From NCBI GenBank assembly GCA_965215505.1, contig OZ244065.1, positions 4,288,001 to 4,352,000 on the forward strand: a stretch of 64,000 bases of DNA. The letters run 5' to 3'. Source of the stretch: Capsulimonadaceae bacterium. Lineage in GTDB: Bacteria > Armatimonadota > Armatimonadia > Armatimonadales > Capsulimonadaceae. Position numbers and translations under genes: made by a program. This document shows, piece after piece, positions 38,293 through 50,382 of this stretch. The notes under the pieces are model-generated. The model ran no database searches and was not told the origin of the DNA. It was given only the letters and a program-made list of their open reading frames with translations. Numbering within the stretch: position 1 is the first letter of the stretch; the number at the start of each line of letters is the position of its first letter.

Positions 38293-38525
38293 GGTGTCTT
38301 CTCCGCGCGCTGCTTCTTGAGGTTCTGCTGGATGCGCCGCCCGGCCAGGGCGCACATGGGGCAGAAGCCGAAGAAGCCCGTCAGCACCGCGACCGCCCCG
38401 GAAGCCGCCAGGACATACCCGAGGGGCGTCCCCCTCATCCCGACCAGTCCGAAGGCGACCAGGGCGAACCCCGCGAGGACGCGAACCGCGCGCTCGGCCG
38501 CGGGGACATTCTTTGCGTAGATCAT
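38289..38525 (-). CDS. DUF2892/YgaP-like membrane protein
   Basis: KNVPAAERAVRV, two TMs, FCPMC. Confidence 0.8.
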   Translation of the reverse strand: MIYAKNVPAAERAVRVLAGFALVAFGLVGMRGTPLGYVLAASGAVAVLTGFFGFCPMCALAGRRIQQNLKKQRAEKTP

Positions 38526-38567
38526 TCTTCCGATTTCTCCTCTCCGTAATGATTGGCCTGCATTGAC

Positions 38568-38596
38568 AAGAGGAGGGAAGTGGGCCGAAAAGTTTC
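38568..38596 (-). promoter_or_regulatory. Candidate ECF-type (autoregulatory) promoter
   Basis: GAAACT-17 nt-CCTCTT upstream of the DUF2892-sigma operon. Confidence 0.4.
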
Positions 38597-38703
38597 AGCC
38601 CCTTTGACATGTTTTGGACGTCGAGGATTGATGGAACGCAAAAACGTCTCGGCCTGTTCAGGCCGGGGCTTCCTGCCGTCTAGCGGGCTTCCTGCCGTCT
38701 GGG

Positions 38704-39360
38704 CTAGGCTGGTGCCAGGCGGCGCAGAGCATCCAGGACCGCCGACGGCTCGGCCCGCTGCGAGTGGTCGGCAAAAACCTGAGCGAACTGAATGGTGCCG
38801 CCCCGGTCAATGACGAATGTTCCCGGCAGCGGCAGCTCGCGCGAGTCGTCGCCGTTAGCCTTCGGCAAGTCCACGCCGAACTGTCCCTGCAACTGATGGA
38901 TCGGATCGCCTAGCTTGTAAACGACGCCGAACTGCCGCGCGACGGAATTCCCCTGGTCGCTGAGAACGTCGTAACCTAGTTCCGCCGTTTCCGCAAAGGA
39001 CAGTGTCGCGTCCGGGGTCTGCGGCGAGATCGCCACCAGAGTCGCTCCCAGCGCCTTGATCTCCGGCAGGACCTCCTGGTAGGCGCGCACGGCCATGTTG
39101 CAGAACGGGCACCACGCGCCCCGGTAGAACATCACCACGACGGGGCCGCGCGCGCGCAGATCGGCCATCCGCACGGTCCGCCCGTGTGCGTCCGGGAGGG
39201 CGAAGTCGGGCGCATCCTGCCCGACCGAGAGGCTCCGCTCGGCGATGCCGGAATGGGAAAGTTCGCCGATCCATTCCTGGATCGTTTTGACTGCGGCTGG
39301 GGGTGCCTGCTTGAAGAAGTTCGTTTTGAACGCGGTGATCTGGGCTTCGAGTGTCGCCAT
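38704..39360 (-). CDS. Peroxiredoxin-like AhpC/TSA protein
   Basis: APDFALPD, FYRGAWCPFC, AISPQ, PLPGTFVID. Confidence 0.9.
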   Translation of the reverse strand: MATLEAQITAFKTNFFKQAPPAAVKTIQEWIGELSHSGIAERSLSVGQDAPDFALPDAHGRTVRMADLRARGPVVVMFYRGAWCPFCNMAVRAYQEVLPEIKALGATLVAISPQTPDATLSFAETAELGYDVLSDQGNSVARQFGVVYKLGDPIHQLQGQFGVDLPKANGDDSRELPLPGTFVIDRGGTIQFAQVFADHSQRAEPSAVLDALRRLAPA

Positions 39361-39465
39361 GGGTTTCTCCTTGTGTTTTTTTGCATTGTGCGGTATTATT
39401 GTACCGCCGCCTCATAGCATGGGTCTATAATTAAAAGCGGCATAATCTTAAGCGAGCGTATCACA

Positions 39466-40338
39466 ATGGACTTTATCGGCGCGGCGTTGGAGAAGATGAA
39501 GGTGACGGCGGACGCCGTGGGCCACTCGGAGGTCTGCGCGCCCTGGCAGATGGAAGGGGGCGACCGGCTCCCGGCCGCGTACTACTTCCTGCGGGGGCGG
39601 GGGGAGATCGCCCTGGACGGGCAGGGGGCGCACCGCCTCGAAGCGGGCGACCTGATTTTCGTGCCGCGCGGGGAGAAGCATGTCGTCCGTGACGGCCCGG
39701 CACTGCCCGAGGGGGCGGGGAGGAGTCATTTCCTCCATGCGACGATTCAGGCGGAGATCGGCGGCGACTGCCCGTTCATCTCGGCGCTGCCGTCGCTGCT
39801 GATTCTGAGGGCCGGGGAGCGGGCGGACTGCCCCCATCTGGACACCCACTTGCAGAGTCTGGTCTGGGAGTCCGCCACCGGCGGACCCGCCTCGGAGCTG
39901 CTGCTGGCCCGTCTGTGGGAGGTCGTGTTCCTGCTGGCGTTCCGCACCTATCTCTCCCAGGCCACCCACCAGAACGCGACGGGATGGCTGGCCGCCATTC
40001 GGGACCCGCAGATGGCGCGGGCGTTGGGCGCGATCCAGGGCCAGCCGCACGTCCCCTGGACGGTGGAGGGTCTGGCGGCGGAGGCGGCGATGTCCCGCGC
40101 CACGTTCATTCGGCAGTTCACCCGCATCATGGGGGAGCCGCCGATGAAGTTCCTATACCTGCACCGGATGGGCGTCGCCGCCAGCCTGCTCCGTCAGGGC
40201 CAGGGTAATCTGGCTGCGGTCGCCGCCCGTGTCGGCTACGGCAGCGAGGCCGCGTTCAGCAATGCTTTTCACCGCTGCTACGGTTCTGCCCCCGGTGCGT
40301 ACCGCACCGCTCATCTGCGTGTCCCGCCGACTGCCTAA
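39466..40338 (+). CDS. AraC-family regulator with cupin_6 sensor (RclR-like)
   Basis: GWLAAIRDP, WTVEGLA, MSRATF, VGYGSEAAFSNAF. Confidence 0.9.
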   Translation: MDFIGAALEKMKVTADAVGHSEVCAPWQMEGGDRLPAAYYFLRGRGEIALDGQGAHRLEAGDLIFVPRGEKHVVRDGPALPEGAGRSHFLHATIQAEIGGDCPFISALPSLLILRAGERADCPHLDTHLQSLVWESATGGPASELLLARLWEVVFLLAFRTYLSQATHQNATGWLAAIRDPQMARALGAIQGQPHVPWTVEGLAAEAAMSRATFIRQFTRIMGEPPMKFLYLHRMGVAASLLRQGQGNLAAVAARVGYGSEAAFSNAFHRCYGSAPGAYRTAHLRVPPTA

Positions 40339-40343
40339 ACACA

Positions 40344-40380
40344 GAAAGCCTCGGCCCATTCGGGCCGGGGCTTTCTGCCG
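40344..40380. repeat. 37-bp terminator-like direct repeat, copy 2
   Basis: 35/37 identical to 36320-36356. Confidence 0.8.
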
Positions 40381-40431
40381 TCCGGAGCGGCCATAATTCC
40401 CGCGCACCGATGGGCCGCGCTTCCAGCCGGC

Positions 40432-40776
40432 CTAATCGGTCTGAGCCGCCTCGCCCGCCCGCTCCAGGAATCGCTCCCCCCACTCCTGCATCGCCATCAG
40501 CACCGGGCGCAGTGTCCGCCCGTAATCGGTGAGCGAGTACTCCACCTTGGGCGGTATCTGCGCGTACACCTGCCGATGCACAATGCCATGCATTTCCAGT
40601 TCGCGCAGTTGCTGGGTGAGCATCTGCTGGCTCGCACAAGGGATCGCGCGCCCCAACTCTCCGAAACGACGCTCCCCATGAAGCAACTCGTGTAAGATCA
40701 ACGGCTTCCATTTGCCGCCGATGACGGAAAGGGTGGCCTCGACCGAACAGAGTTTGGTTTTCTTGGGCCGCCCCAT
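40432..40776 (-). CDS. HxlR-family winged-HTH regulator
   Basis: CSVE..LSVIGGKWK, LTQQLRELE, PPKVEYSLT. Confidence 0.92.
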   Translation of the reverse strand: MGRPKKTKLCSVEATLSVIGGKWKPLILHELLHGERRFGELGRAIPCASQQMLTQQLRELEMHGIVHRQVYAQIPPKVEYSLTDYGRTLRPVLMAMQEWGERFLERAGEAAQTD

Positions 40777-40907
40777 GTTCTCACTCCACTCCTCAGTCAG
40801 TTCTTCCAGAGTATGCCGGGGAAAAATGCGTTCTTGTTTCTGAAAACGCCAAGCGGTACACTGGACTGCCGCCGCAAAACATCGGGCGGCGTGAAAGGAA
40901 CCCTACC

Positions 40908-41699
40908 ATGCCCCTATCGGGAACACGCCTGACGCTGATCGGCGGCCCAACACTGCTCCTGGAGATCGGCGGCCTCCGCCTGCTGACGGACCCGACCTTT
41001 GACCCGGCCGGCGGCGAGTATCATACCGCCAGAGGTGTCGTGCTACACAAAACGGCCGGACCGGGGCAGGCACCTGAAACGCTGGGCCGCATTGACGTGG
41101 TGCTGCTGTCGCATGACCAGCACTTCGACAACCTAGACACGGCGGGACGTGACCTCCTGCCGTCTGCCGGCAACGTGCTCACCACTGTTTCCGGGGCCGC
41201 GCGCCTCGCGCTGCCGAATAGCGTAGGGCTGGGGCAGTGGCAGAGCGTAGAACTCGCCCTCGCCGGGACTGAAGGCTCAACGCTGCGGGTGACCGGCGTT
41301 CCGGCGCGACACGGACCCGAAGGCATCGAGGCGATGCTCGGGGAGGTCACGGGCTTCGTGCTCGAATGGGGCGACAGCGTCCTCTATCTCTCCGGCGACA
41401 CGGTCTGGTATGAGGGGGTCGCTGAGATCGCCCACCGGTTCCCGCGCGTCGGCGCGGCAGTCCTGTTCCTCGGTGGGGCGCGAGTGGCGCAGGGCGGGCC
41501 GCTCCTGACGATGGACGGTGCGGAGGCCGTGCTGGCGACCCGCGCACTGAACCCGCAGAAGGTCATCCCTGTCCATTATGAAGGCTGGCAGCATTTCCGC
41601 GAGGGACGCGCCCAGGTGGAACAAGCATTCGCGGCGTCGGGCTTATCCGAGCGCCTTCTGTGGCTCCATCCCGGCGAGCCGCAGGAGGTGATGGTCTGA
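40908..41699 (+). CDS. Metallo-beta-lactamase-fold hydrolase
   Basis: LTDPTFD, SHDQHFDNLD, SGDT, PVHYEGW. Confidence 0.88.
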   Translation: MPLSGTRLTLIGGPTLLLEIGGLRLLTDPTFDPAGGEYHTARGVVLHKTAGPGQAPETLGRIDVVLLSHDQHFDNLDTAGRDLLPSAGNVLTTVSGAARLALPNSVGLGQWQSVELALAGTEGSTLRVTGVPARHGPEGIEAMLGEVTGFVLEWGDSVLYLSGDTVWYEGVAEIAHRFPRVGAAVLFLGGARVAQGGPLLTMDGAEAVLATRALNPQKVIPVHYEGWQHFREGRAQVEQAFAASGLSERLLWLHPGEPQEVMV

Positions 41700-41750
41700 A
41701 CGCAAGACGCCCTTCTGCCATCGGCAGGAGGGCGTCTCGTTCTGCGGCTC

Positions 41751-42176
41751 CTACACCAGCTTCGCGTCCAGCACGATCTCCGTCCCGGCCAGCGCCTTGG
41801 AGACGGGGCATCCTGCTTTCGCGCCCGCCGCAAGCTCCTGGAACCTGGCCTCGTCAATGCCCGGCACCGCCCCTTCGGTGGTCAGCTCGATCTTGCTAAT
41901 CGAGAAGCCCGGCCCGTCGGGGCCGAAGTGGACCTTGGCCGACGTGTGGATGCGGTCCGGCGGGAAGCCCGCGTGTTCCAGCATGGCCGAGAACTGCATC
42001 GAGAAGCAGCCCGCATGGGCCGCCCCGATCAGCTCTTCGGGGTTCGTCCCTGTGCCCTCTTCCATGCGCGACTTGAACGAGAACGGGCCTTCGAAGGCAC
42101 CGCTGCCCAGCTTCATCGTGCCCTTGCCGGTCATCAAACCACCCGACCATTGGGCGTCTGCGTTGCGAACTGCCAT
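41751..42176 (-). CDS. osmC: OsmC peroxiredoxin
   Basis: TNPEELIGAAHAGCFSM, AKAGCPVSKAL. Confidence 0.92.
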   Translation of the reverse strand: MAVRNADAQWSGGLMTGKGTMKLGSGAFEGPFSFKSRMEEGTGTNPEELIGAAHAGCFSMQFSAMLEHAGFPPDRIHTSAKVHFGPDGPGFSISKIELTTEGAVPGIDEARFQELAAGAKAGCPVSKALAGTEIVLDAKLV

Positions 42177-42211
42177 CTGTTTCTTTTCTCCTCTGAATTG
42201 ATCCGGGGCCT

Positions 42212-43072
42212 TTAGCCTTGGGGGGCGACGCCATGGCTCTTGAGCCAGGCGTACATCTTCTGGTCGCCGTCGGCGGCGTCTTTGGCGTTGTAGGAGGGAC
42301 GGTAGTCGGCGTGAAAGCCGTGGCCCGCGTCCGGGTAGACGGTGATCTGCGAGGTGGCCGCCGTGCCGCCCGCCGCCTTCAGGGCGGCCCGCATCGCCGC
42401 GATGCTCTCCTGCGAGATGCCCTGGTCCTGCCCGCCGTACAGCCCCAGCACGGGGGCCTTGATCTGGGCGGCAAGCTCCGTCGGACTCTGCGGGCGCAGC
42501 ACGTCCCCCTGACCGTCCAAATGCCCGTACCAGGCGATGCCCGCCTTTAGGGTCGGGTTGTGTGCCGCGTACAGCCAGACGATCCGCCCGCCCCAGCAGA
42601 AGCCCGTGATGCCCAGCTTGGACACGTCCCCGTGCCCGCTGTTCTCGGCCCAGATGACGGCCGCATCCAGGTCCGTCATCACCTGCTCGTCAGGCACCTT
42701 GGAGACGATGGGCATGATCTGGCCGATGTCGGCGGCCTTGGACACGTCTCCCTGGCGCGCATATAGCTCGGGCGCGATGGCGAGGTAGCCCTGCTTGGCG
42801 AACCTTCGGCAGACATCCTTGATGTGTTCGTGGACGCCGAAGATCTCCTGTACGACCAATATCACCGGGAATGCCTTGCCCTTGGCGGGCATAGAGTGAT
42901 AGCCGGGGATCGTCCCCTCCGAGGTTGGGATCTGGATCTCCCCCGCCGTCAGCCCCGCCGCGTCCGTGTGGATCGTCTGCGCCGAGACCGGCTGCACGGC
43001 CAGGGCGAAGCCCACCGCCAGACTCGTCTTCATCGTCGTGGCGACGAACTCGCGCCGCGTTACTTCCGTCAT
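42212..43072 (-). CDS. Dienelactone hydrolase family protein
   Basis: TRREFV Tat-like N-terminus, QEIFG, GFCWGG, HGF. Confidence 0.9.
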   Translation of the reverse strand: MTEVTRREFVATTMKTSLAVGFALAVQPVSAQTIHTDAAGLTAGEIQIPTSEGTIPGYHSMPAKGKAFPVILVVQEIFGVHEHIKDVCRRFAKQGYLAIAPELYARQGDVSKAADIGQIMPIVSKVPDEQVMTDLDAAVIWAENSGHGDVSKLGITGFCWGGRIVWLYAAHNPTLKAGIAWYGHLDGQGDVLRPQSPTELAAQIKAPVLGLYGGQDQGISQESIAAMRAALKAAGGTAATSQITVYPDAGHGFHADYRPSYNAKDAADGDQKMYAWLKSHGVAPQG

Positions 43073-43085
43073 GTGTGTTTCTCCT

Positions 43086-43928
43086 CTACTTCAGCTCGAA
43101 CCCGCGCTCCTGCAAGACCTGCCGCCAGATGTCGCGGCCTGACAGCGATTCCGGTCCGGCCACGCGCTTGGCGGAGTGGTTGGCCCAGGTCCCCGGTACG
43201 TTCATGTTCTGCGCCTCGTAGAATCCGCGCATCGTCTGGCCGTAGGCCGTGACGGACTCGTCGCGCGCCTGGGCGTCATAGGTCTCGTGGTGAATCAGGC
43301 CGGGCTGGGGGAGGCGCGGCTTCACGGCGGACATGTCCCCGGCGGCAGGGTAGCCTACCGCCAGGCCGAACAGGGCGATGACGCGCGGGGGCAGGTTCAG
43401 TAGGGCAGCCAACTCGCGCGGGTGGTTGCGCGCCCCGCCCACATAGCAGATGCCCAATCCCATGCCCTCGGCGGCGGTCGCGGCGTTCTGTGCGGCAAGC
43501 GAAGCATCAACAACTGCCGTCAGGAACATTTCCAGATAGCCCAATGCCCCACCCGGCATCCCTTCGCGGGCGGAGGCGGCCGTCAAGCGGGCCAGGTCGG
43601 CACAGAAAACCAGGAATAGAGGTGCCTGCCGGATGAAGTCCTGGTCCCCGGACAGCGCCGCCGCCTCGGCCTTGCGGGCGGGGTCCTGGATGGCGACGGC
43701 GCTCCACACCTGCAAGTTGGACGAAGACGCCGCGCTCTGCGCCGCCGCGCCCAGCAGTTCCAGCGTCCCCGGCGGCAGCGGCTCGGGGCTGTAGCGGCGG
43801 ACGGACTTGTGCGCCAGCAGCGTCTCCAGGACGGGGTTGTCGGCGAACGCGCCGGGCGGCAGAGTGGGGGCGTCGGGGCCGTAGCGCTGCGCCAGCAGGC
43901 CCCCGAGCGATTCGGCAGATTCGGTCAT
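43086..43928 (-). CDS. NfsA/Frp-type NADPH-dependent nitroreductase
   Basis: [32 protein letters not shown]. Confidence 0.9.
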   Translation of the reverse strand: MTESAESLGGLLAQRYGPDAPTLPPGAFADNPVLETLLAHKSVRRYSPEPLPPGTLELLGAAAQSAASSSNLQVWSAVAIQDPARKAEAAALSGDQDFIRQAPLFLVFCADLARLTAASAREGMPGGALGYLEMFLTAVVDASLAAQNAATAAEGMGLGICYVGGARNHPRELAALLNLPPRVIALFGLAVGYPAAGDMSAVKPRLPQPGLIHHETYDAQARDESVTAYGQTMRGFYEAQNMNVPGTWANHSAKRVAGPESLSGRDIWRQVLQERGFELK

Positions 43929-43970
43929 GCCGCTTCAACAGGAATTAGGGGCCGGGGAGTTCCCGGCGCC

Positions 43971-44143
43971 TGCCACGGGTTGAAACCCGAGGCACCGAAG
44001 TTCCCAGCGTCCAGGGGACGCAAGAAGGGAAGATGTTGCCGCGTAGGGGCGGGGTCCCCCCGCCCTCCTATCCTGATTCTTGCTTTGTCCTAACGTCGCT
44101 TCGACGGCGGGCTTTTCTGCGCCTCGGGTTTCAGCCCGTGGCA
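43971..44143. repeat. REPIN/MITE-like element, family A, copy 2
   Basis: tgccacgggttgaaacccgaggc...gcctcgggtttcagcccgtggca; same internal blocks as 5732-5949. Confidence 0.85.
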
Positions 44144-44174
44144 ATCCGCCTTCCGTTCTGGTACACTCCCAGTC

Positions 44175-46381
<2,207 letters not shown>

Positions 46382-46446
46382 ACCGTCCCGCTCACGAATA
46401 GGTCAAGGGGGCGCGGTTCGCCGCGCCCCCGTTAGCCCTATCTCCA

Positions 46447-47718
46447 CTAGCCGTGCAGAGGTTTTTTCCGCGACGGGGCGGTCAAACCCTTCGGAACCTG
46501 TGACTTCGAGACGACGTAGCCGACCTCGATCCGGTCCCCTTCCCGCCAGCGCCGCGCCAGAAGTGCGTAGCCGCCCGCAGGTGCCGGCGTCGCCTGCGCG
46601 ACGCCGTTGATCCATATCCTGGCGGGCTGTCCGGGCGGCAGGAAGACGCGCAGCCAGGCCGCCCGAGGCGTTGCCGTGCCCACGGTGATCGCCCGGACGC
46701 CCCCGGCCGTCTTCTGCTCCAGGCGGAGGCCGTGGAAGACGGCGGCCGAGTCGCGGCGCGTGTTCACCGCCAGCCCCAGCGGGGCGCGCGTCCAGGCCGC
46801 CCGCGCCATCTCCGGCCCGTCCGGCGGCAGGCGCTCCAGGGCGGCGGCATAGCCGGGCCGGCCGGTCAGCAGCAGCATCTCGGCGGTCAGGGCCTGGGAG
46901 TGCGGCCCGCGCGCCCATTCCTGCCGCGCCCGTGCCAGCAAGGCCGGCTGCCCCGTTGCCTCATAAAGCGCGCACAGGCCCAGGCCGTCGCCATTGTCTG
47001 ACCCGTCGCTCAGGGCGGCCTGCCGGCGGGCGGCGGTGAGGAAGCGCGGGTCGTCGGTCTCCTGGAACAGCCGCGCCAGCGGGTAGATCCAGGCCGGGTC
47101 CGGCCGGCTCTGGGCGGCAGCGGCCATCCGTCCGCCCGCCGAAAGCGCGGCCTGGATCGCCGCCGGCCGCCCCGCCGCCGCGTAGTAGGCCAGGAGACCG
47201 CGCAGGCACGACCGCTGCGCCGCCGCCTCGGCGGGCGACCAGGGCCGACGGGCCGCGCTTGGGGCCGAACCGCCCGGCCCGAATGTCCCGTCCTCCGCCT
47301 GAGTCGCCAGCAGGCGGTTCGCCACCCGGTCCTGCTTGGCCGTCAGGGAGTCCGGCTCGCGGCCCCAGGCACAGGCCGCTTCCAGCCAGGCCCCGGCCGC
47401 CCCCGCGTCGCCTCTGCCGGGGCGTTCGAGTCCCGCCAGCAGGCGATCCTCGTCGGCCCGCAGCAGCGCGGCCACCCACGGGTTGCCGGGGATGCGGACT
47501 GCCCCCGGCGGGGCGGGCGGGAGCCGGAAGAAGGGAGACGGCGCGGCGGGCGGCGGGGGACGGCGCTCCCAGACGGGGAGGTTGACCGTCTCGAACCGTG
47601 AGGGGGAGTGGCCCCGGCACAGCAGGGCGAAAAACGGGGCGGGGCCGAGCAGCAGGAAGCCGAGGGCCAGCGGGCCGAGGCGAGCGTATCGGGATGGGCG
47701 CAGGGCGGTACGGGACAT
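46447..47718 (-). CDS. Secreted degenerate GH127 (DUF1680)-like protein
   Basis: Signal-like N-terminus, QAEDG, GLLAYY, LARLFQETDDPRFL, LYEATG, LLTGRPGYAAALER, RRWREGDRIEV; shortened. Confidence 0.55.
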   Translation of the reverse strand: MSRTALRPSRYARLGPLALGFLLLGPAPFFALLCRGHSPSRFETVNLPVWERRPPPPAAPSPFFRLPPAPPGAVRIPGNPWVAALLRADEDRLLAGLERPGRGDAGAAGAWLEAACAWGREPDSLTAKQDRVANRLLATQAEDGTFGPGGSAPSAARRPWSPAEAAAQRSCLRGLLAYYAAAGRPAAIQAALSAGGRMAAAAQSRPDPAWIYPLARLFQETDDPRFLTAARRQAALSDGSDNGDGLGLCALYEATGQPALLARARQEWARGPHSQALTAEMLLLTGRPGYAAALERLPPDGPEMARAAWTRAPLGLAVNTRRDSAAVFHGLRLEQKTAGGVRAITVGTATPRAAWLRVFLPPGQPARIWINGVAQATPAPAGGYALLARRWREGDRIEVGYVVSKSQVPKGLTAPSRKKPLHG

Positions 47719-47866
47719 GCCCTGATTATACCCGACCCCGTCAGACCCTCTCCCGTGCGGCGGCATCTTGACAGCCTGGCCCGCTGGCGGGTAGATTGAT
47801 GTACGAAACCGTGTCCGCCGCAGGCGGCTTCACGCACCGCAGGTTTTATCGTCTCGGACGGCGGCC

Positions 47867-48673
47867 ATGAAAAACGCAGCACCAAAAAACAGCGCGCCCT
47901 CGGAAACGCAAGGGGGGCCTCCGGCCCGTCCCAGGCCGTTTGAAGGGGTCACGATCCTGGGCGTCCGGGTGGACTGCATCTCCCCCGCCGAGACTCTGGC
48001 CGAGATAGACCGCTTCGTCGCCGCGCGGACTCCCCACCACATCGTCACTGCCGACGCCTCCATGGTGATCACGGCCCGGCACGACCCCGCGCTGCGGGCC
48101 ATCATCGAGGGGGCGGACCTTGTGACCCCGGACGGCTTCGGCATCCTGTGGGCCTCGCGCCAGGTGCGGACGCCGGTCCCGTACAAAGTCTCGGGCGTGG
48201 ATCTGGTCGGGGAGTTGTGCCGTCTGTCGCCGACGAAGGGCTACCGCATCTTCTTCTTCGGGGCCGGGCCGGGGGTGGCCGAGGAGGCCGCCGTCAAGAT
48301 GCGCGCCGAGTATCCGGGCACCCAGATCGTCGGGACGCGCGACGGCTTCTTCACGCCCGCGCAGGAGCCGGAGGTCGTGGCGCAGATCCAGGCCGCCCGC
48401 CCCGACATCGTCCTGGTCGCCCTGGGCATCCCCAAACAGGAGAAGTGGATCACCCGCTACAAAGGCGTACTCGGGGCCTCCGTCCTCGTCGGCGTCGGCG
48501 GCTCCTTCGACGTCTTTTCGGGCCGCGTCCGTCGCGCGCCGCCCTTCATGCAGCAGCACGGCTTCGAGTGGCTGTACCGCCTGTACAAGAACCCCCGGAA
48601 ATTCGCCAAAGTGATGACCCTGCCGGAATTCGCCTGGCTCACCCTGCGCCAGCGTTTCGGCGGCGCCGCCTGA
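47867..48673 (+). CDS. WecB/TagA/CpsF glycosyltransferase (GT26)
   Basis: PDG, GVDL, LGIPKQEKW, GVGGSFD, RAP, EWLYRL. Confidence 0.93.
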   Translation: MKNAAPKNSAPSETQGGPPARPRPFEGVTILGVRVDCISPAETLAEIDRFVAARTPHHIVTADASMVITARHDPALRAIIEGADLVTPDGFGILWASRQVRTPVPYKVSGVDLVGELCRLSPTKGYRIFFFGAGPGVAEEAAVKMRAEYPGTQIVGTRDGFFTPAQEPEVVAQIQAARPDIVLVALGIPKQEKWITRYKGVLGASVLVGVGGSFDVFSGRVRRAPPFMQQHGFEWLYRLYKNPRKFAKVMTLPEFAWLTLRQRFGGAA

Positions 48674-48702
48674 CAGGACATGACCCGCCCCCCAAGCCGG
48701 GT

Positions 48703-48882
48703 CTACTTCTTCGGCGTCTTCGGTGGGTCAGGCGTCTTAGTGATCGGGCCGATCACGATGGGGATTTTGCCGTCCTTCCCCTTCTTATCGCCCGCGAATG
48801 CGGCCTGCGGCGCGGCCAGCGCGCTGCCCAGCGTCAGGCCGGCCAGTGCGATCAGCCACCCGCGCGTGTTCTTCTGTTTCAT
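48703..48882 (-). CDS. 59-aa secreted basic, Pro-rich peptide (absent from the ORF track)
   Basis: GAGGAGG SD; MKQKNTRGWLIALAGLTLGSALAAPQAAFA signal peptide, mature part GDKKGKDGKIPIVIGPITKTPDPPKTPKK. Confidence 0.7.
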   Translation of the reverse strand: MKQKNTRGWLIALAGLTLGSALAAPQAAFAGDKKGKDGKIPIVIGPITKTPDPPKTPKK

Positions 48883-48956
48883 GGTCGTTCATCCTCCTCG
48901 GACACTGTTTAGTCGCCAAAACGACGCAAAATGTTCCCGCTAACTCTGCTCACCGC

Positions 48957-50054
48957 TCACAAATCCGGCAGCGTCACTCCCCAGCCCGCCCCGGCATCTT
49001 CAGCCATGACGATCTCCTCGCCTTCCGCCGTGAACCCGCCGGAAAGGCCCGGTATCGGGCGCAGGAGGCGGTGCGAGTCTAAGTCCAGGTAGTCGAACGC
49101 GCCCGTGCCCGCCGCGACCTGGGCGGCGGCGGCGATGCCCAGCCCCGTTTCCAGCATGCAGCCCAGCATCAGCTTCTTGCCGGACGCCCGGCAGAGCGCG
49201 ATGATCTGCAATGCGCCGACGATTCCCGACTTCATCAGCTTGACGTTTACCCCGTCCACCGCGTCCTCACCCAGCAGGCGCTGGACCTCGGAGGGGGTGC
49301 GCGCGGCCTCATCGGCGAACACCGGCATTCCGGCCCGTTCGCGGACGTATCTCAGGCCCGCCACATCCCCAGCCGCCACGGGCTGTTCCAGCAGGTCTAT
49401 CGCCGCCCCCGTCGCGGCCAAAGCGCGGGCGAACGCGACCGCCTCGTCCGGCGCGAAGGCCTGGTTGGCGTCTATCCGCAGGCGGACGCCGGGCACGGCC
49501 CGGACGATCTCCCCGATGCGGGCGAGGTCGGCGGCAGGCCCTTCCGGGTCACCGACCTTGATTTTGAGCGACCGGAACCCCTCAGCCCAAGCGGCCCCGG
49601 CGAGGGCGGCGGCTTCGTCCAGGGGGACCAGCGGAATCGTCAGGTCCGTCGTCACCCGCGCCGATGCCCCCCCGAAGTGCTGCCAAAGCGGCAGGCCCCG
49701 GTGACGTGCCCAGACGTCGTACAGCGCCATCTCCAGCCCCGCCCGCGCGGCGGGCGCGTCGTGCAGCAGGTCATTGGCCAGAGCGAGGAGCGGCTGGAGC
49801 CGGTCGGTCGGCATCCCCTCGAGACGCGGGCCGACCGCAGCCAGGGCCGTTTCCACCGACTCGACGCTCTCGCCAGTCACATAGCCGACCGGGCAGCTCG
49901 CTCCGACCCCGGCCTCGCCCGTTTCCGTCGCGACATGGACACGCACGTTGCGTGCGTCGTGCGCGCTGCGCGCGGCGATGACGAACGGCGCGACGAGCGG
50001 CAGCGTCCAGGGCCGGGCGCGGACGGAGATGATACGCATGGCCTCGTTACGCAT
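48957..50054 (-). CDS. L-Ala-D/L-Glu dipeptide epimerase (enolase superfamily)
   Basis: KIKVG, DANQ, EQP, ADE, KLMK, GCMLE, DLD. Confidence 0.9.
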   Translation of the reverse strand: MRNEAMRIISVRARPWTLPLVAPFVIAARSAHDARNVRVHVATETGEAGVGASCPVGYVTGESVESVETALAAVGPRLEGMPTDRLQPLLALANDLLHDAPAARAGLEMALYDVWARHRGLPLWQHFGGASARVTTDLTIPLVPLDEAAALAGAAWAEGFRSLKIKVGDPEGPAADLARIGEIVRAVPGVRLRIDANQAFAPDEAVAFARALAATGAAIDLLEQPVAAGDVAGLRYVRERAGMPVFADEAARTPSEVQRLLGEDAVDGVNVKLMKSGIVGALQIIALCRASGKKLMLGCMLETGLGIAAAAQVAAGTGAFDYLDLDSHRLLRPIPGLSGGFTAEGEEIVMAEDAGAGWGVTLPDL

Positions 50055-50382
50055 GCCCCCATTGTACCGCACTTGGCGGCCGAGCGCAAGCGGAGGCGGC
50101 TGTGGGTCAGGGCGACCGCATACCGACGTTGTTTCCGTGCCATGACCCGCCGATGCCAGGAATGGCACGGCTATCCCTGCTGAGTGCCGCAGATTTGAGT
50201 GCCGCGAAGCGGTACTTCCTGGCGTCCTCGCCGCGTAGCCGTGCGTTTCAACGCACGGTCGGGGTTGGATGCGATTGCCCTGGCAAGTTTGTCTCGCCTG
50301 CCTGAAGTTTGTCCCGCCTGCCTGCCGGGTAGAGTCAAGCACAAACCGTTTCGCAGTCGCTCTTCAAAGGAGAAATCTCACC

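Noticed and set aside
50130-50300. sigma54 promoter (TGGCAC sites) upstream of the stress gene or epimerase
   Set aside because: GG and GC elements are not at the required -24/-12 spacing
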